A DNA stretch of 64,000 nt from Candidatus Hikarchaeia archaeon HikBin5 (GTDB lineage Archaea; Halobacteriota; Halobacteria; Halobacteriales; Hikarchaeaceae). Within the stretch, counting starts at the first letter, position 1, and each line of letters starts with the position of its first letter. The stretch spans positions 14,574-78,573 of the forward strand of contig WTZU01000001.1 of NCBI GenBank assembly GCA_009889625.1, read 5' to 3'. Below, in pieces: positions 1 through 9,109 of this stretch. Below the pieces are notes generated by a model, which was not told where the DNA came from, ran no database searches, and saw only the letters and a program-made list of their open reading frames with translations. The position numbers and the translations under genes were made by a program.

Positions 1-1
1 A

Positions 2-124
2 GTCAACACAATATACGGTGGACCAGATCTTTGGGGTGTGGCCTGGATCTATATGATTGCACCTGTACTCGGGGCAGTTGTAGCCGTATACTTCTACGAT
101 CGAATCTTTTTGAATTCCAAGTAA
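2..124 (+). CDS. C-terminal fragment of a MIP/aquaporin-family channel (5' end lies outside the window)
   Basis: Frame 2 is open from the window edge: VNTIYGGPDLWGVAWIYMIAPVLGAVVAVYFYDRIFLNSK, with stop TAA at 122-124. The W-x-Y-(x3)-P-x-x-G-A-x-x-A-(x3)-Y last-helix pattern resembles MIP channels. Only 40 codons are visible. Confidence 0.45.
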   Translation, partial: VNTIYGGPDLWGVAWIYMIAPVLGAVVAVYFYDRIFLNSK

Positions 125-130
125 AATTAT

Positions 131-2452
131 TTATATTTTCTTATCTTTAATTGCTTGCCAAACAATTTCATCTGTTACTGGCATATCTATAGCTTTTACC
201 CCCCATGGCTGTAGGGCATCAATAACTGCATTTACTATTGCAGGAGGTGCTGCAATCGCCCCAGATTCCCCTGCCCCTTTCGAACCCAACGGATTATGTG
301 GACAAGGGGTCACTGTCGATCCCAATTCTATATCTGGTATATGAAATGATCTTGGAAGTGCATAATCTTGTAATGTTCCTGTAAGTAGATTCCCTGTGCT
401 ATCATAAACGGTTTTTTCATATAAAGCCTGTCCAATTCCTTGAACAATGCCCCCATGCAATTGTCCCTCAACAAGCAACGGGTTAATTTGGATTCCACAA
501 TCGTCAACTGCAACATACCGTTGCAATTCAATCTCCCCTGATTCTGCATCCACTTCCACTACCGCAATATGGGTGCCAAATGAATATGCATTACTTTTTG
601 GGTCATACAAATCTTCGGCATATAGTCCTTTCTCTATCTCTTCTGGCATTTCTTCCTCCCTATGCGACATTTTGGCCACCTCTTCTATCCTCACCGAACT
701 ATCTCTTGACCCTCTTACAAAGAAATCTCCCGCTTCAAAATCAATATCTTCTATTGGCGCTTCAAAATACCACGAAGCAATATTCTTGCCCTTTTCAATT
801 AATATCTCTGCACATCTGACTAGTGAACTTGCACCAACTGCAATGCTCCTGCTACCAAAAGTTCCCACTCCATGGTCCAATGCATCTGAATCCCCTTCAT
901 ATACTTTTATCTCTTCCATAGGTATCCCTAGCTTATCAGATAAAATCTGACGAAATGATGTTTTATGTCCCTGACCATGGTCTGCAGTGCCACAATAAAC
1001 TCTTATGTTTCCATCTTCTCCAAATATGATTTTCCCACTTTCTGGAACAGATGGACCGGTCCCTGTATTCTCTACAAAGGTGGACAAACCAATTCCAATA
1101 TATTTTCCTTCTTTTCTCAATTCATTCTGTAAATTTCTAGTCCCCTTGTAATCAACCATCTGCAAAGCTTTGTCGAGAGCGAGTTCATAATTTCCACTAT
1201 CATATGTCATTCCAACTGCAGTTTCATATGGGAATGCACTGGAAGGGATCAAATTCTTGCGTCTAAATTCAACAGGATCCTCTCCCATTTCGCGCGCGGC
1301 ATAATCTACGAGTCTTTCAACAGCATAGATCGATTCTGGCCTTCCGGCCCCTCTGTACGGCCCAATAGGTGCTGTATTTGTAAAAACTCCCTTCACGTGC
1401 CCATATATGAATGGGATTTGGTAGGCACCAGAAGATAGGTGCTTAAAATTCGATGCAGGAGTTTTTCCCCACACAAGGTATGCTCCTATGTCAAATACAA
1501 CCTCAAATTTTACCGCCTTTATTTTTCTATCCTCTCCGACTGCTATCTTCCCATTCACAAAAAATCCCCTTCCATGATGATCCGAGTGATGTACTTCTGA
1601 TCTTCTCCCTGTCCATTTTACTGGGCGTTTCAATTGAATAGAACACCAAGCCACTAGCGGACTCTCCACATATGGGGACCCGCCTTTGCTCCCAAACCCA
1701 CCTCCTACATCCGGCGCAATTACTCTAATGCGTTCTTCCGTTAAACCTAGGGCAGTAGATATGTTTTTCCGAATACCATGGGGGGTTTGAGTAGAGATAT
1801 TTAGTGTGACTCTGCCCGTATCTTCACTATATTCTGCAATTACACTCCGAGGTTCCATAGCGTCTGGGTGTAATTTTTGATTCACCGTGTATAGTTCAAA
1901 TACATATTCTGCCTCCTCAAACGCTTGTTGTGTGCCCTCTTTGTTTCCATATTCCCAGTCCAATCCTACATTATTCTCACCTTCTTCTATGTTGACTATG
2001 GGGGCATTTTCTGCCATCGAAGTCCACACATCACCACTACTATCTAATCTTTCATATTTCACTATGATCAATGAAAGTACTTCATGTGCTACATATCGAT
2101 CATCTGCAATGACAATTGCAATTGGTTCTCCTGTGTATCGGACATATTCTCGAGCCAAGATCGAAAATTTACTATCTTTTTGTCCCTCAAACGCCCCCTT
2201 TATATGGAACATTCCTGGTATTTGAGCATTATCCAAATCTTCACTAGTATAAATGGCAACAACACCATCTACTCTTCTTGCTTCTTCTACATTTATAGAC
2301 ACTATTTTTGCATGTGCATGTTGACTCCTCAGAATCGCTGCATAGAGTAGTCCATCTGGACTAAAATCATCTGTGTATCTCCCTTCCCCTTTTATCAGTG
2401 GAATGTCTTCGAATCTTGGTATTTCAGCTCCTAAAAATTTCGAATTTGTCAT
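131..2452 (-). CDS. Molybdopterin-binding hydroxylase large subunit of the xanthine dehydrogenase/aerobic CO dehydrogenase family (form II CoxL-like)
   Basis: 773 aa. The N-terminus is GAEIPRFEDIPLIKGEGRYTDD, followed by AAILRSQHAHAKI. The active-site loop is GPYRGAGRPE, the form II type rather than the form I AYxCSFR. Length is typical of the family. Confidence 0.85.
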   Translation of the reverse strand: MTNSKFLGAEIPRFEDIPLIKGEGRYTDDFSPDGLLYAAILRSQHAHAKIVSINVEEARRVDGVVAIYTSEDLDNAQIPGMFHIKGAFEGQKDSKFSILAREYVRYTGEPIAIVIADDRYVAHEVLSLIIVKYERLDSSGDVWTSMAENAPIVNIEEGENNVGLDWEYGNKEGTQQAFEEAEYVFELYTVNQKLHPDAMEPRSVIAEYSEDTGRVTLNISTQTPHGIRKNISTALGLTEERIRVIAPDVGGGFGSKGGSPYVESPLVAWCSIQLKRPVKWTGRRSEVHHSDHHGRGFFVNGKIAVGEDRKIKAVKFEVVFDIGAYLVWGKTPASNFKHLSSGAYQIPFIYGHVKGVFTNTAPIGPYRGAGRPESIYAVERLVDYAAREMGEDPVEFRRKNLIPSSAFPYETAVGMTYDSGNYELALDKALQMVDYKGTRNLQNELRKEGKYIGIGLSTFVENTGTGPSVPESGKIIFGEDGNIRVYCGTADHGQGHKTSFRQILSDKLGIPMEEIKVYEGDSDALDHGVGTFGSRSIAVGASSLVRCAEILIEKGKNIASWYFEAPIEDIDFEAGDFFVRGSRDSSVRIEEVAKMSHREEEMPEEIEKGLYAEDLYDPKSNAYSFGTHIAVVEVDAESGEIELQRYVAVDDCGIQINPLLVEGQLHGGIVQGIGQALYEKTVYDSTGNLLTGTLQDYALPRSFHIPDIELGSTVTPCPHNPLGSKGAGESGAIAAPPAIVNAVIDALQPWGVKAIDMPVTDEIVWQAIKDKKI

Positions 2453-2684
2453 TACATACGAATTGTCCCACTCCCCGTTAAACGTTACTGGACTTGATTA
2501 TGGATTGAACAATAATATTTCATCTGGCCTCCGTACTCATAGGGTTCGTCATAGCATTGGGACTTTGCTCCGAATCTATACCCATCATCGGCCAATTTAC
2601 ACATATGCATTCTTACTTTGAAAACCCATTGAATTTAGGACATTCCTCCGAGAAACCTAAATCCAAGCCGCCCATATTATACTT

Positions 2685-3062
2685 ATGTCAGATTTTTCCC
2701 CCACTTTGGATCCTCTTTTTGACAATATAGTCAGTATGTGTCGAGCGACAATAGGTGACCACCTTCGTTCTATAACTTATTTCAACGAATCCAAATATAC
2801 TCAAATATATTTGCGATTCGATCTAGATCAAGATGCAGATCTTGCGGGGTTCACCGATCTAGAATCCCGTGGACTGGCAGGTGCTCCTATTGCATATCGT
2901 GGCTCCGAATTGGGGAATTATCTCTATACCATACGGGCTTTCGAATCTGGATATTTACTACGTGTATTGAAAGGTGACCATGGCGTCTTCATAACAACAG
3001 ATAATATCACACTACAGGATTTTTCAGAAGCTTACTCTGCAATTAACAAAATTTTAAGCTAA
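2685..3062 (+). CDS. Hypothetical acidic cytoplasmic protein (125 aa)
   Basis: Clean ORF in a 232-nt divergent intergenic context. Amino-acid composition matches neighbouring genes. No motif I can name. Confidence 0.5.
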   Translation: MSDFSPTLDPLFDNIVSMCRATIGDHLRSITYFNESKYTQIYLRFDLDQDADLAGFTDLESRGLAGAPIAYRGSELGNYLYTIRAFESGYLLRVLKGDHGVFITTDNITLQDFSEAYSAINKILS

Positions 3063-3120
3063 TTTTCCTTTTCTCGTTGCCATAGAAAAATTCATGTCCG
3101 ACCTGAACGTTTCGTAAACA

Positions 3121-4347
3121 ATGACTATTGAAACAACCGTAGAATTGGAGGGTCATATCATCGATTCTGGCATTATGCAACGTGCATTTGGAATCATAAT
3201 GGATATGGGCGGAATTTTCCATGTTGAACAATTCGATGTCGGAACACACAAAAATGAGACTACTTATTGCCGCATGGTAGTTTCTGCACCATCCGAAGAA
3301 TTACTATTGCCAATCTTGCATGAACTCCATCAAAATGGTGCTACCATAACCGAACCCACTGATGCCGTTCTAGAACCTGCCCCTTCTTCCAGAGTAGTCC
3401 CCCGTGGATTTTACAGCACGACGCACCATCCTACTGATATACTCTATGAAGGAAATTGGATTCCTGTGGAAAATATAGAAATGGACACTGCAATCGTCTT
3501 CGATCCTGTGTCTAAAACAGCATCCACCAAAGTACTTACTTCCGTAGAAGAAGAAGATTTGATAGTTACCGGTGAAGCAGGAATTCGAGTACGGCCTCCG
3601 TCTAGACCTCGGGATTCTTCTAGTGGGCCATTTGGATTCATGCAAGGCGGTGTATCTTCTGAGCGCCCCTCTGAATCTTTAATCAAGAAAATAGCCGAAA
3701 CAATCAAAGCTATAAAAGAACAAAATGGAAAAGTCCTTGTGGTGCCTGGCCCCGCAGTGATACACTCTGGGGCAGGAGACGATTTATCCAGGTTAGTGCA
3801 TTCCGGCTACGTTGATATGATCTCTGCCGGAAATGGATTTGCTGTCCATGATATTGAAAGAAATCTCTATGGCACCTCACTCGGTATGAATATAACAACC
3901 CTAGCTCACCCTCGGAAAGGGCACAAACATCATATCTATACTATCTCTGAAATAGTTCGGGCAGGATCTATTAAATCTGCAGTTGAACAAAAGATAATCA
4001 CAGGGGGAGTTATGTACGAATGCATAGTCAATAATATTCCCTATGTCCTAGCCGGTTCAATTCGTGATGATGGTCCTCTCCCTGATACTATAACTGACAC
4101 AATCAAAGCTCAAAATGCCATCAGGGCACAAACACAAAAAGCAGATTTGGTCCTCATGCTTTCAACTTTACTACACTCAGTTGCTGTTGGAAATTGCCTC
4201 CCTTCCACAACACCAACCGTTTGCGTTGATATAAACCCTGCAACAGTAACTCAACTCCTCGATCGTGGCTCTTCCCACGCCATTGGTGTCGTTACCGATG
4301 TCGGTATGTTCATACCCCGACTTGCACAGGCATTACTAGACGAGTAA
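3121..4347 (+). CDS. TIGR00300 / LOR-SDH conserved-domain protein (archaeal-type ornithine cyclodeaminase family)
   Basis: 408 aa. The N-terminus VELEGHIIDSGIMQRAFGIIMDMGG is typical of the family. The C-terminal half has a DHS-like nucleotide-binding pattern (VLVVPGPAVIHSGAG...GYVDMISAGNGFAVHD). Confidence 0.7.
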   Translation: MTIETTVELEGHIIDSGIMQRAFGIIMDMGGIFHVEQFDVGTHKNETTYCRMVVSAPSEELLLPILHELHQNGATITEPTDAVLEPAPSSRVVPRGFYSTTHHPTDILYEGNWIPVENIEMDTAIVFDPVSKTASTKVLTSVEEEDLIVTGEAGIRVRPPSRPRDSSSGPFGFMQGGVSSERPSESLIKKIAETIKAIKEQNGKVLVVPGPAVIHSGAGDDLSRLVHSGYVDMISAGNGFAVHDIERNLYGTSLGMNITTLAHPRKGHKHHIYTISEIVRAGSIKSAVEQKIITGGVMYECIVNNIPYVLAGSIRDDGPLPDTITDTIKAQNAIRAQTQKADLVLMLSTLLHSVAVGNCLPSTTPTVCVDINPATVTQLLDRGSSHAIGVVTDVGMFIPRLAQALLDE

Positions 4348-4360
4348 TCTTGCCTCCCTT

Positions 4361-5374
4361 CTATTTGACTTTACTCACTCTCTCTCGAGCCGCAGCAACA
4401 ACCAATGGGAATGTAATTGTAGCATCTGCATAAACAGTCGTATTTTTTGCACTTTTTTCAAGTTTACCCCACGATCTCGCCTCATCTAGAGATGCCCCCG
4501 AAAGCCCACCTAAATGTTCAGAATCTCCTGTCAATTGTACAGCATAATCATATGCACGAGGAGTCAATAACATGGCTTGTAATATATAGTTCTTCGGCAA
4601 TCCACCTCCTACTATCATTGCACCCCTTTTTTTTGCATCATGTGCAATGTCATTAATTTCTGTCATATCTGAAATGGCATTCAGTGAAAACGATGAAATT
4701 TGTGAATGCATCCACGCTTGTAATCCTAATATGGAATCTTGTATACCTGGACAATATATTGGAATTCCACATTCATAAGCCATAGCAGCAATCCCCCCTT
4801 CCCCCTCTTGTAAGTTGGCACGTCCTAATTCTTCCGTAAATTCTCTAATTGAAATTTCTTTTTCTAATCGTGGGAATAAATTGGATCTGAGATGGTCTTC
4901 TAAAATAGAAAAACTTTCTTGTGGTAAATATACATCATATATTCTATCAACTTCTTCATCTCTTAATTTTTCGTCATGATTTCTGATTTCATTTTTATTT
5001 CTATCCTTTCTTGGAATGGATACTCCATGATGATGCCTGCAACCTAGTGCTTCTATAGTATCATGAGTTAATGTCGCCCCTGTGGTGACCAATACATCTA
5101 CATATCCATCTTGTATCAATTCAGTTATTATGTTTCTCATTCCCGCTGGTACCATTGCCCCTGCTATACTCAAAAAATTCGTAACATCTTCATTTCCTAT
5201 CATTTCTGTATATATGTCTACAGCTTCCGATAGTGCATTTGCAGCAAAACCTGCATTAGCATACTCCTTCATCAATTCAGAGACTGTCATTCGATCCCCT
5301 ATCTTAATCTGATCTATTGGATCATGTTTGAATTTTTTCCCATTTTTTAATTCCTCCGAAATATCTTTATTCAT
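4361..5374 (-). CDS. dys: Deoxyhypusine synthase
   Basis: 337 aa. Contains LSIAGAMVPAGMRNIITELIQDGYVDVLVTTGATLTHD and the catalytic-lysine region EARSWGK near the C-terminus. Confidence 0.9.
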   Translation of the reverse strand: MNKDISEELKNGKKFKHDPIDQIKIGDRMTVSELMKEYANAGFAANALSEAVDIYTEMIGNEDVTNFLSIAGAMVPAGMRNIITELIQDGYVDVLVTTGATLTHDTIEALGCRHHHGVSIPRKDRNKNEIRNHDEKLRDEEVDRIYDVYLPQESFSILEDHLRSNLFPRLEKEISIREFTEELGRANLQEGEGGIAAMAYECGIPIYCPGIQDSILGLQAWMHSQISSFSLNAISDMTEINDIAHDAKKRGAMIVGGGLPKNYILQAMLLTPRAYDYAVQLTGDSEHLGGLSGASLDEARSWGKLEKSAKNTTVYADATITFPLVVAAARERVSKVK

Positions 5375-5378
5375 AATT

Positions 5379-6146
5379 CTATAACCCCGTGGGACGAGAG
5401 ATATATGTAGTTTTTATTCCCCAATCTGAAACAACTTCACTAAGGGAAATAACACCAAAAGTCTCCGTCGCATAGTGGCCTGCCAATATCACATTCATAT
5501 TTTCTTCCTTTGCTTCATGGTATATTCTGGCCTTTCCTTCTCCTGTAATGAACACATCTAATTTTCTTTCAACAGCCTCACCCAACCAATCTCCACCTGC
5601 TCCTGTAACAATCCCAATTTTCCCGATCTTTTCCGATCCAAATTTTAATAATTTCACACTTCCATCTCCTGTATCCAATTCACCTGCCAACAAAGATCTT
5701 AGCCTCTCTGGAGTATATGGATTTTTTACCTCTCCTGCTATTCCAATGAATTCGCCCTTCAATTTCCCAAATGGTTCCCTTCCCTCTAGTTCTAATATAT
5801 CTGCGAGGCCCGCAGCATTTCCAAATTCTTGATGGGCATCCAATGGAAGATGAGAGACATACAACGATATATCTGCATCAATGAGTGCTTTTATTCTGTT
5901 ATATTCGCCCCCGGTAATTCTGTTCATCTCTCCCCATGCTATTCCGTGATGTACTACTAACATATTTGCACCAATATCTGCAGCATCTTGTATGGTTTCC
6001 ATAGATGTGTCTTCTGCAAATGCAATATGATTAACTGCCCCTTCATTAGATCCAATTTGAAGCCCGTTCGAACTAGAATCTATCCCTTCAAATTTTTCAG
6101 TATATAGTAGCCCATCGAGACGTTCTACAATTTCTTTTGTTTTCAT
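5379..6146 (-). CDS. NIF3-family dinuclear metal-centre protein (YbgI / GTP cyclohydrolase 1 type 2 homologue)
   Basis: 255 aa. Has the VVHHGIAWG metal-ligand motif and C-terminal GHYATE. Lies 4 nt upstream of dys on the same strand. Confidence 0.8.
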   Translation of the reverse strand: MKTKEIVERLDGLLYTEKFEGIDSSSNGLQIGSNEGAVNHIAFAEDTSMETIQDAADIGANMLVVHHGIAWGEMNRITGGEYNRIKALIDADISLYVSHLPLDAHQEFGNAAGLADILELEGREPFGKLKGEFIGIAGEVKNPYTPERLRSLLAGELDTGDGSVKLLKFGSEKIGKIGIVTGAGGDWLGEAVERKLDVFITGEGKARIYHEAKEENMNVILAGHYATETFGVISLSEVVSDWGIKTTYISRPTGL

Positions 6147-6165
6147 TTTATATGTATGTTCATTC

Positions 6166-7701
6166 CTATTGTAATAATGATTCCCCTGTCATCTCCAATG
6201 GTTTTTTTATCCCTAGTAGATCAAGTATAGTCGGCGATACATCTGATAAACCTCCTCCCATCCTGATCCCCTTTCCATTTGTGTTTTCTTCTAGTCCTAT
6301 GTAGATTATAGGCGCTGGATTAAATGTATGACTTGTAATGGGGTTTCCCTCCGTTCCCATCTCTTCTGCATTTCCATGATCTGCAATTATTATGATTTCC
6401 GATTTTCTTTTTTTGAGAAATTTTACCAATATGCCCAATTCTTCATCCACTACTTCCACCGATTTAACCGCAGCATTAAATATCCCTGTATGCCCTACCA
6501 TATCTGGATTTGCGTAGTTAAGAATTAGTACATCAGGATCTTTTTCTTCAATAATTTTTATAGCCATTTCTGTCACTTTTTTGGCATTCATTTCTGGCTG
6601 CTCATCATAGGTAGGAACTTTGGGACTTGGAATCATCTTTCTAATCTCGCCTTTCCATGCTCTCTCTCTGCCTCCATTGAGAAAATATGTCACATGGGCA
6701 TATTTTTCAGTCTCTGCAATCCTCAACTGAGTAAATCCATTTTTTGATAAAATCTCTCCTATCGTATTTTGGGGTTTGACAGTAGAGAAAACCACTGGAA
6801 AATTATAATTTTCATCATAATCCGACATGGTCAAAATCATTTTTTCAGATCCTTCTCCTGAAAAATCTCTCTTTATTGTCTCATTGCACATAGAGACTAT
6901 TTGCCGCATACGATCTGCACGAAAATTGACCATGAATATGATATCTCCCTTTTCGAATCTGTGCCCCCCGTCTATTACTGTGGGTTTGATAAATTCATCA
7001 GTCTCACCACGCGAATACGCAGATTCAATAGCTGCAAAACTAGAATCAAAATTGCATTCTGATCTACCTTTCAAAATCGCTTCATGGGCTTGAAAAGTTC
7101 TTTCTGTATTTCCATCCCTGTCCATTGCATAGTATCTCCCTGTGATTGTAGAAATTCTCCCATTTCTGTACTTGTCAATTACATTTTCGATCCTAGATAT
7201 ATATTGGGCAGAACTTTTCGGTGGCGTATCCCTGCCGTCTGTAATTACGTGCGTTGCAATTTCCACCCCTTCATTTGAAGCCATTTCTATTATCTTGTGC
7301 ATGTGGGTATCATCAGCATGCACTCCCGCATCGCTTAACAATCCTATCATATGAATCTTATTCCCTGAGGTTTTTGCTTTTTCAAAGGCGGCTTTTAATA
7401 CCCCATTACGAAAAAAAGATCCATCTTCGATTGATTTGTTAATCCGAGTGTGTTCTTGTTCTATGATCCTCCCTGCTCCTATGGTCAAATGACCAACTTT
7501 TGAATTTCCAACACCACCTTTTGGAAGACCAACAAATCTACCACCAGTTTGTAGGGTTCCATATGCATTATCTGCACACAATCGATCAAATATGGGGGTA
7601 TTTGCAGCTTTGATTGCATTCCCTTCTTTCACATCCGAAATTCCCCACCCATCTAAGATGATTAAAGCAACTTTCATGATCATAACAGGTTCTGGGTACA
7701 C
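6166..7701 (-). CDS. gpmI: 2,3-bisphosphoglycerate-independent phosphoglycerate mutase (bacterial-type iPGM)
   Basis: Contains MKVALIILDGWG, GNSKVGHLTIGAGR (catalytic Ser region) and ADHGNAE. The real start is probably the internal ATG at 7677 (MKVALII...). Confidence 0.9.
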   Translation of the reverse strand: MYPEPVMIMKVALIILDGWGISDVKEGNAIKAANTPIFDRLCADNAYGTLQTGGRFVGLPKGGVGNSKVGHLTIGAGRIIEQEHTRINKSIEDGSFFRNGVLKAAFEKAKTSGNKIHMIGLLSDAGVHADDTHMHKIIEMASNEGVEIATHVITDGRDTPPKSSAQYISRIENVIDKYRNGRISTITGRYYAMDRDGNTERTFQAHEAILKGRSECNFDSSFAAIESAYSRGETDEFIKPTVIDGGHRFEKGDIIFMVNFRADRMRQIVSMCNETIKRDFSGEGSEKMILTMSDYDENYNFPVVFSTVKPQNTIGEILSKNGFTQLRIAETEKYAHVTYFLNGGRERAWKGEIRKMIPSPKVPTYDEQPEMNAKKVTEMAIKIIEEKDPDVLILNYANPDMVGHTGIFNAAVKSVEVVDEELGILVKFLKKRKSEIIIIADHGNAEEMGTEGNPITSHTFNPAPIIYIGLEENTNGKGIRMGGGLSDVSPTILDLLGIKKPLEMTGESLLQ

Positions 7702-7762
7702 AACTATTCTTCGCTATAAATTGCTATCATTTTTTAATCCTCGGAGTATTATTTAACCACAC

Positions 7763-9073
7763 GTGACACTTCCTGCTAATCTCCCTTCTCGATTAACCCA
7801 TTTTCTTAACTCTTTGCCGACCATGGAGCATTATTCTGATAGGGGAAATCACTCTGCAACCTTTGTCTGGAACAATCTCAACCATCTGGAAGATCATAAT
7901 AAACAGGTCATTCTCGAACCCATTGCTTCTGATCTTTATATAAACACTTTCCCGATTAGGAGTGCATCGTCTTTCTCCTCTTCATTTCCTACTCAAAACG
8001 CGGTAGATTCTGGAACACTCTATCTACCTTTTACAAATGGAATGTCATTGGCATATTCTCGAGCTGTCATGGCAACAGAACCCTCTGATAGAAATCTTCA
8101 TAGTTCGGATACAATCACCATGTGTTATCACTCACCCGATCCGTTGGCGCCAGATCTTTCTAGAGACCAATCAGATGTAGGGGAATCTCTTGGAAATTCT
8201 ATTATAATGGCAACGATCCCAGATCTCCCCGAAGAGGAAGCTTTGTATGAAACCGCACTTTATTTGTCTGAAGGGAATCACGCACTAAAACTAGCCAATC
8301 ATGTCAAAGATATACTAGTTCTAGACGGTCCCATTTTCCCAGTAGGTCTACTAGCCTGGTATCAGGGAAAACCAAATTTAAAAAATTTATTATCGATGGA
8401 TGGTCCTTCTAGACGTGCATTAAAAGCCTACATAGATTTAATCGATTTTTTCGTTAATTCTGCAATTAACACCGAAAGTGAATCTCCCCCTCTCATAGGG
8501 TTTGTAAAAAACCCCCGTGGCACGACTATCAAATCCACTTTTGACCATTCATCTAACCAAACAGAATCTTTCATTTGGCCCCATGATTCTTCCTTTTTCA
8601 AATATATATTGAGATCCCATCTACTTTCTACAGGAAGTGAAAACCTAACTACAAATGATGCCAATTTGGCTTATACAAATTGGTTTATTTCCAAAAGTAG
8701 GATTGCACTACAGTTTGAAGACTTTCTAACCGATATGGATCTCGGGATAACAAACCCAAAAAATCCTCTGTACGATCTAACGTTCTTTATGATATATGAT
8801 CCAAGATCTGATCTCATCTACCGAGTTGAATCTCCCTATGTATTCACTCAATCTCCTAATATGCGTAAAAAAATTGAAAATTATGTATTGAAAGAGATGG
8901 CAATATACAATGGTCCCCCTCGTGTAATCAATAAAGCCGATCACCTAGCCCATATGTCCAATTCCGAAAAAGAAAATATTGGAAACTTGTTGGCTTCTTC
9001 TTTCCACACCCGAATCGACATAAACTACAATTCCCTCCGTTGGCATAGTATGGATCAACTCCGAAATTTGTAA
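7763..9073 (+). CDS. nurA: NurA-domain nuclease-like protein
   Basis: 436 aa. The NurA motif series is recognisable: AVDSGT, LSEGNH, ILVLDGPIFP, IGFVKNPRG, LIYRVESPY and GPPRVINKADHLAH. GTG start at 7763; an alternative ATG lies at 7823. It is followed after 36 nt by a HerA-like ATPase. Confidence 0.65.
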   Translation: MTLPANLPSRLTHFLNSLPTMEHYSDRGNHSATFVWNNLNHLEDHNKQVILEPIASDLYINTFPIRSASSFSSSFPTQNAVDSGTLYLPFTNGMSLAYSRAVMATEPSDRNLHSSDTITMCYHSPDPLAPDLSRDQSDVGESLGNSIIMATIPDLPEEEALYETALYLSEGNHALKLANHVKDILVLDGPIFPVGLLAWYQGKPNLKNLLSMDGPSRRALKAYIDLIDFFVNSAINTESESPPLIGFVKNPRGTTIKSTFDHSSNQTESFIWPHDSSFFKYILRSHLLSTGSENLTTNDANLAYTNWFISKSRIALQFEDFLTDMDLGITNPKNPLYDLTFFMIYDPRSDLIYRVESPYVFTQSPNMRKKIENYVLKEMAIYNGPPRVINKADHLAHMSNSEKENIGNLLASSFHTRIDINYNSLRWHSMDQLRNL

Positions 9074-9109
9074 CTATTATATCTTTGAAAAACATATGGT
9101 ACAATTAGA

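Noticed and set aside
447-950. 167-aa plus-strand ORF, plus several others between 580 and 2621, overlapping the CoxL-like gene.
   Set aside because: These are antisense shadow ORFs within a 773-aa gene that shows family motifs end to end. The translations are Ser/Pro-rich and lack recognisable domains.
2453-2684. The largest intergenic gap (232 nt), inspected for a small RNA, riboswitch or short ORF.
   Set aside because: It contains only short palindromes such as AACGTT and GGCC, with no convincing stem-loops or conserved-looking motifs. It is most simply a divergent promoter region for the CoxL-like gene and the 125-aa ORF.
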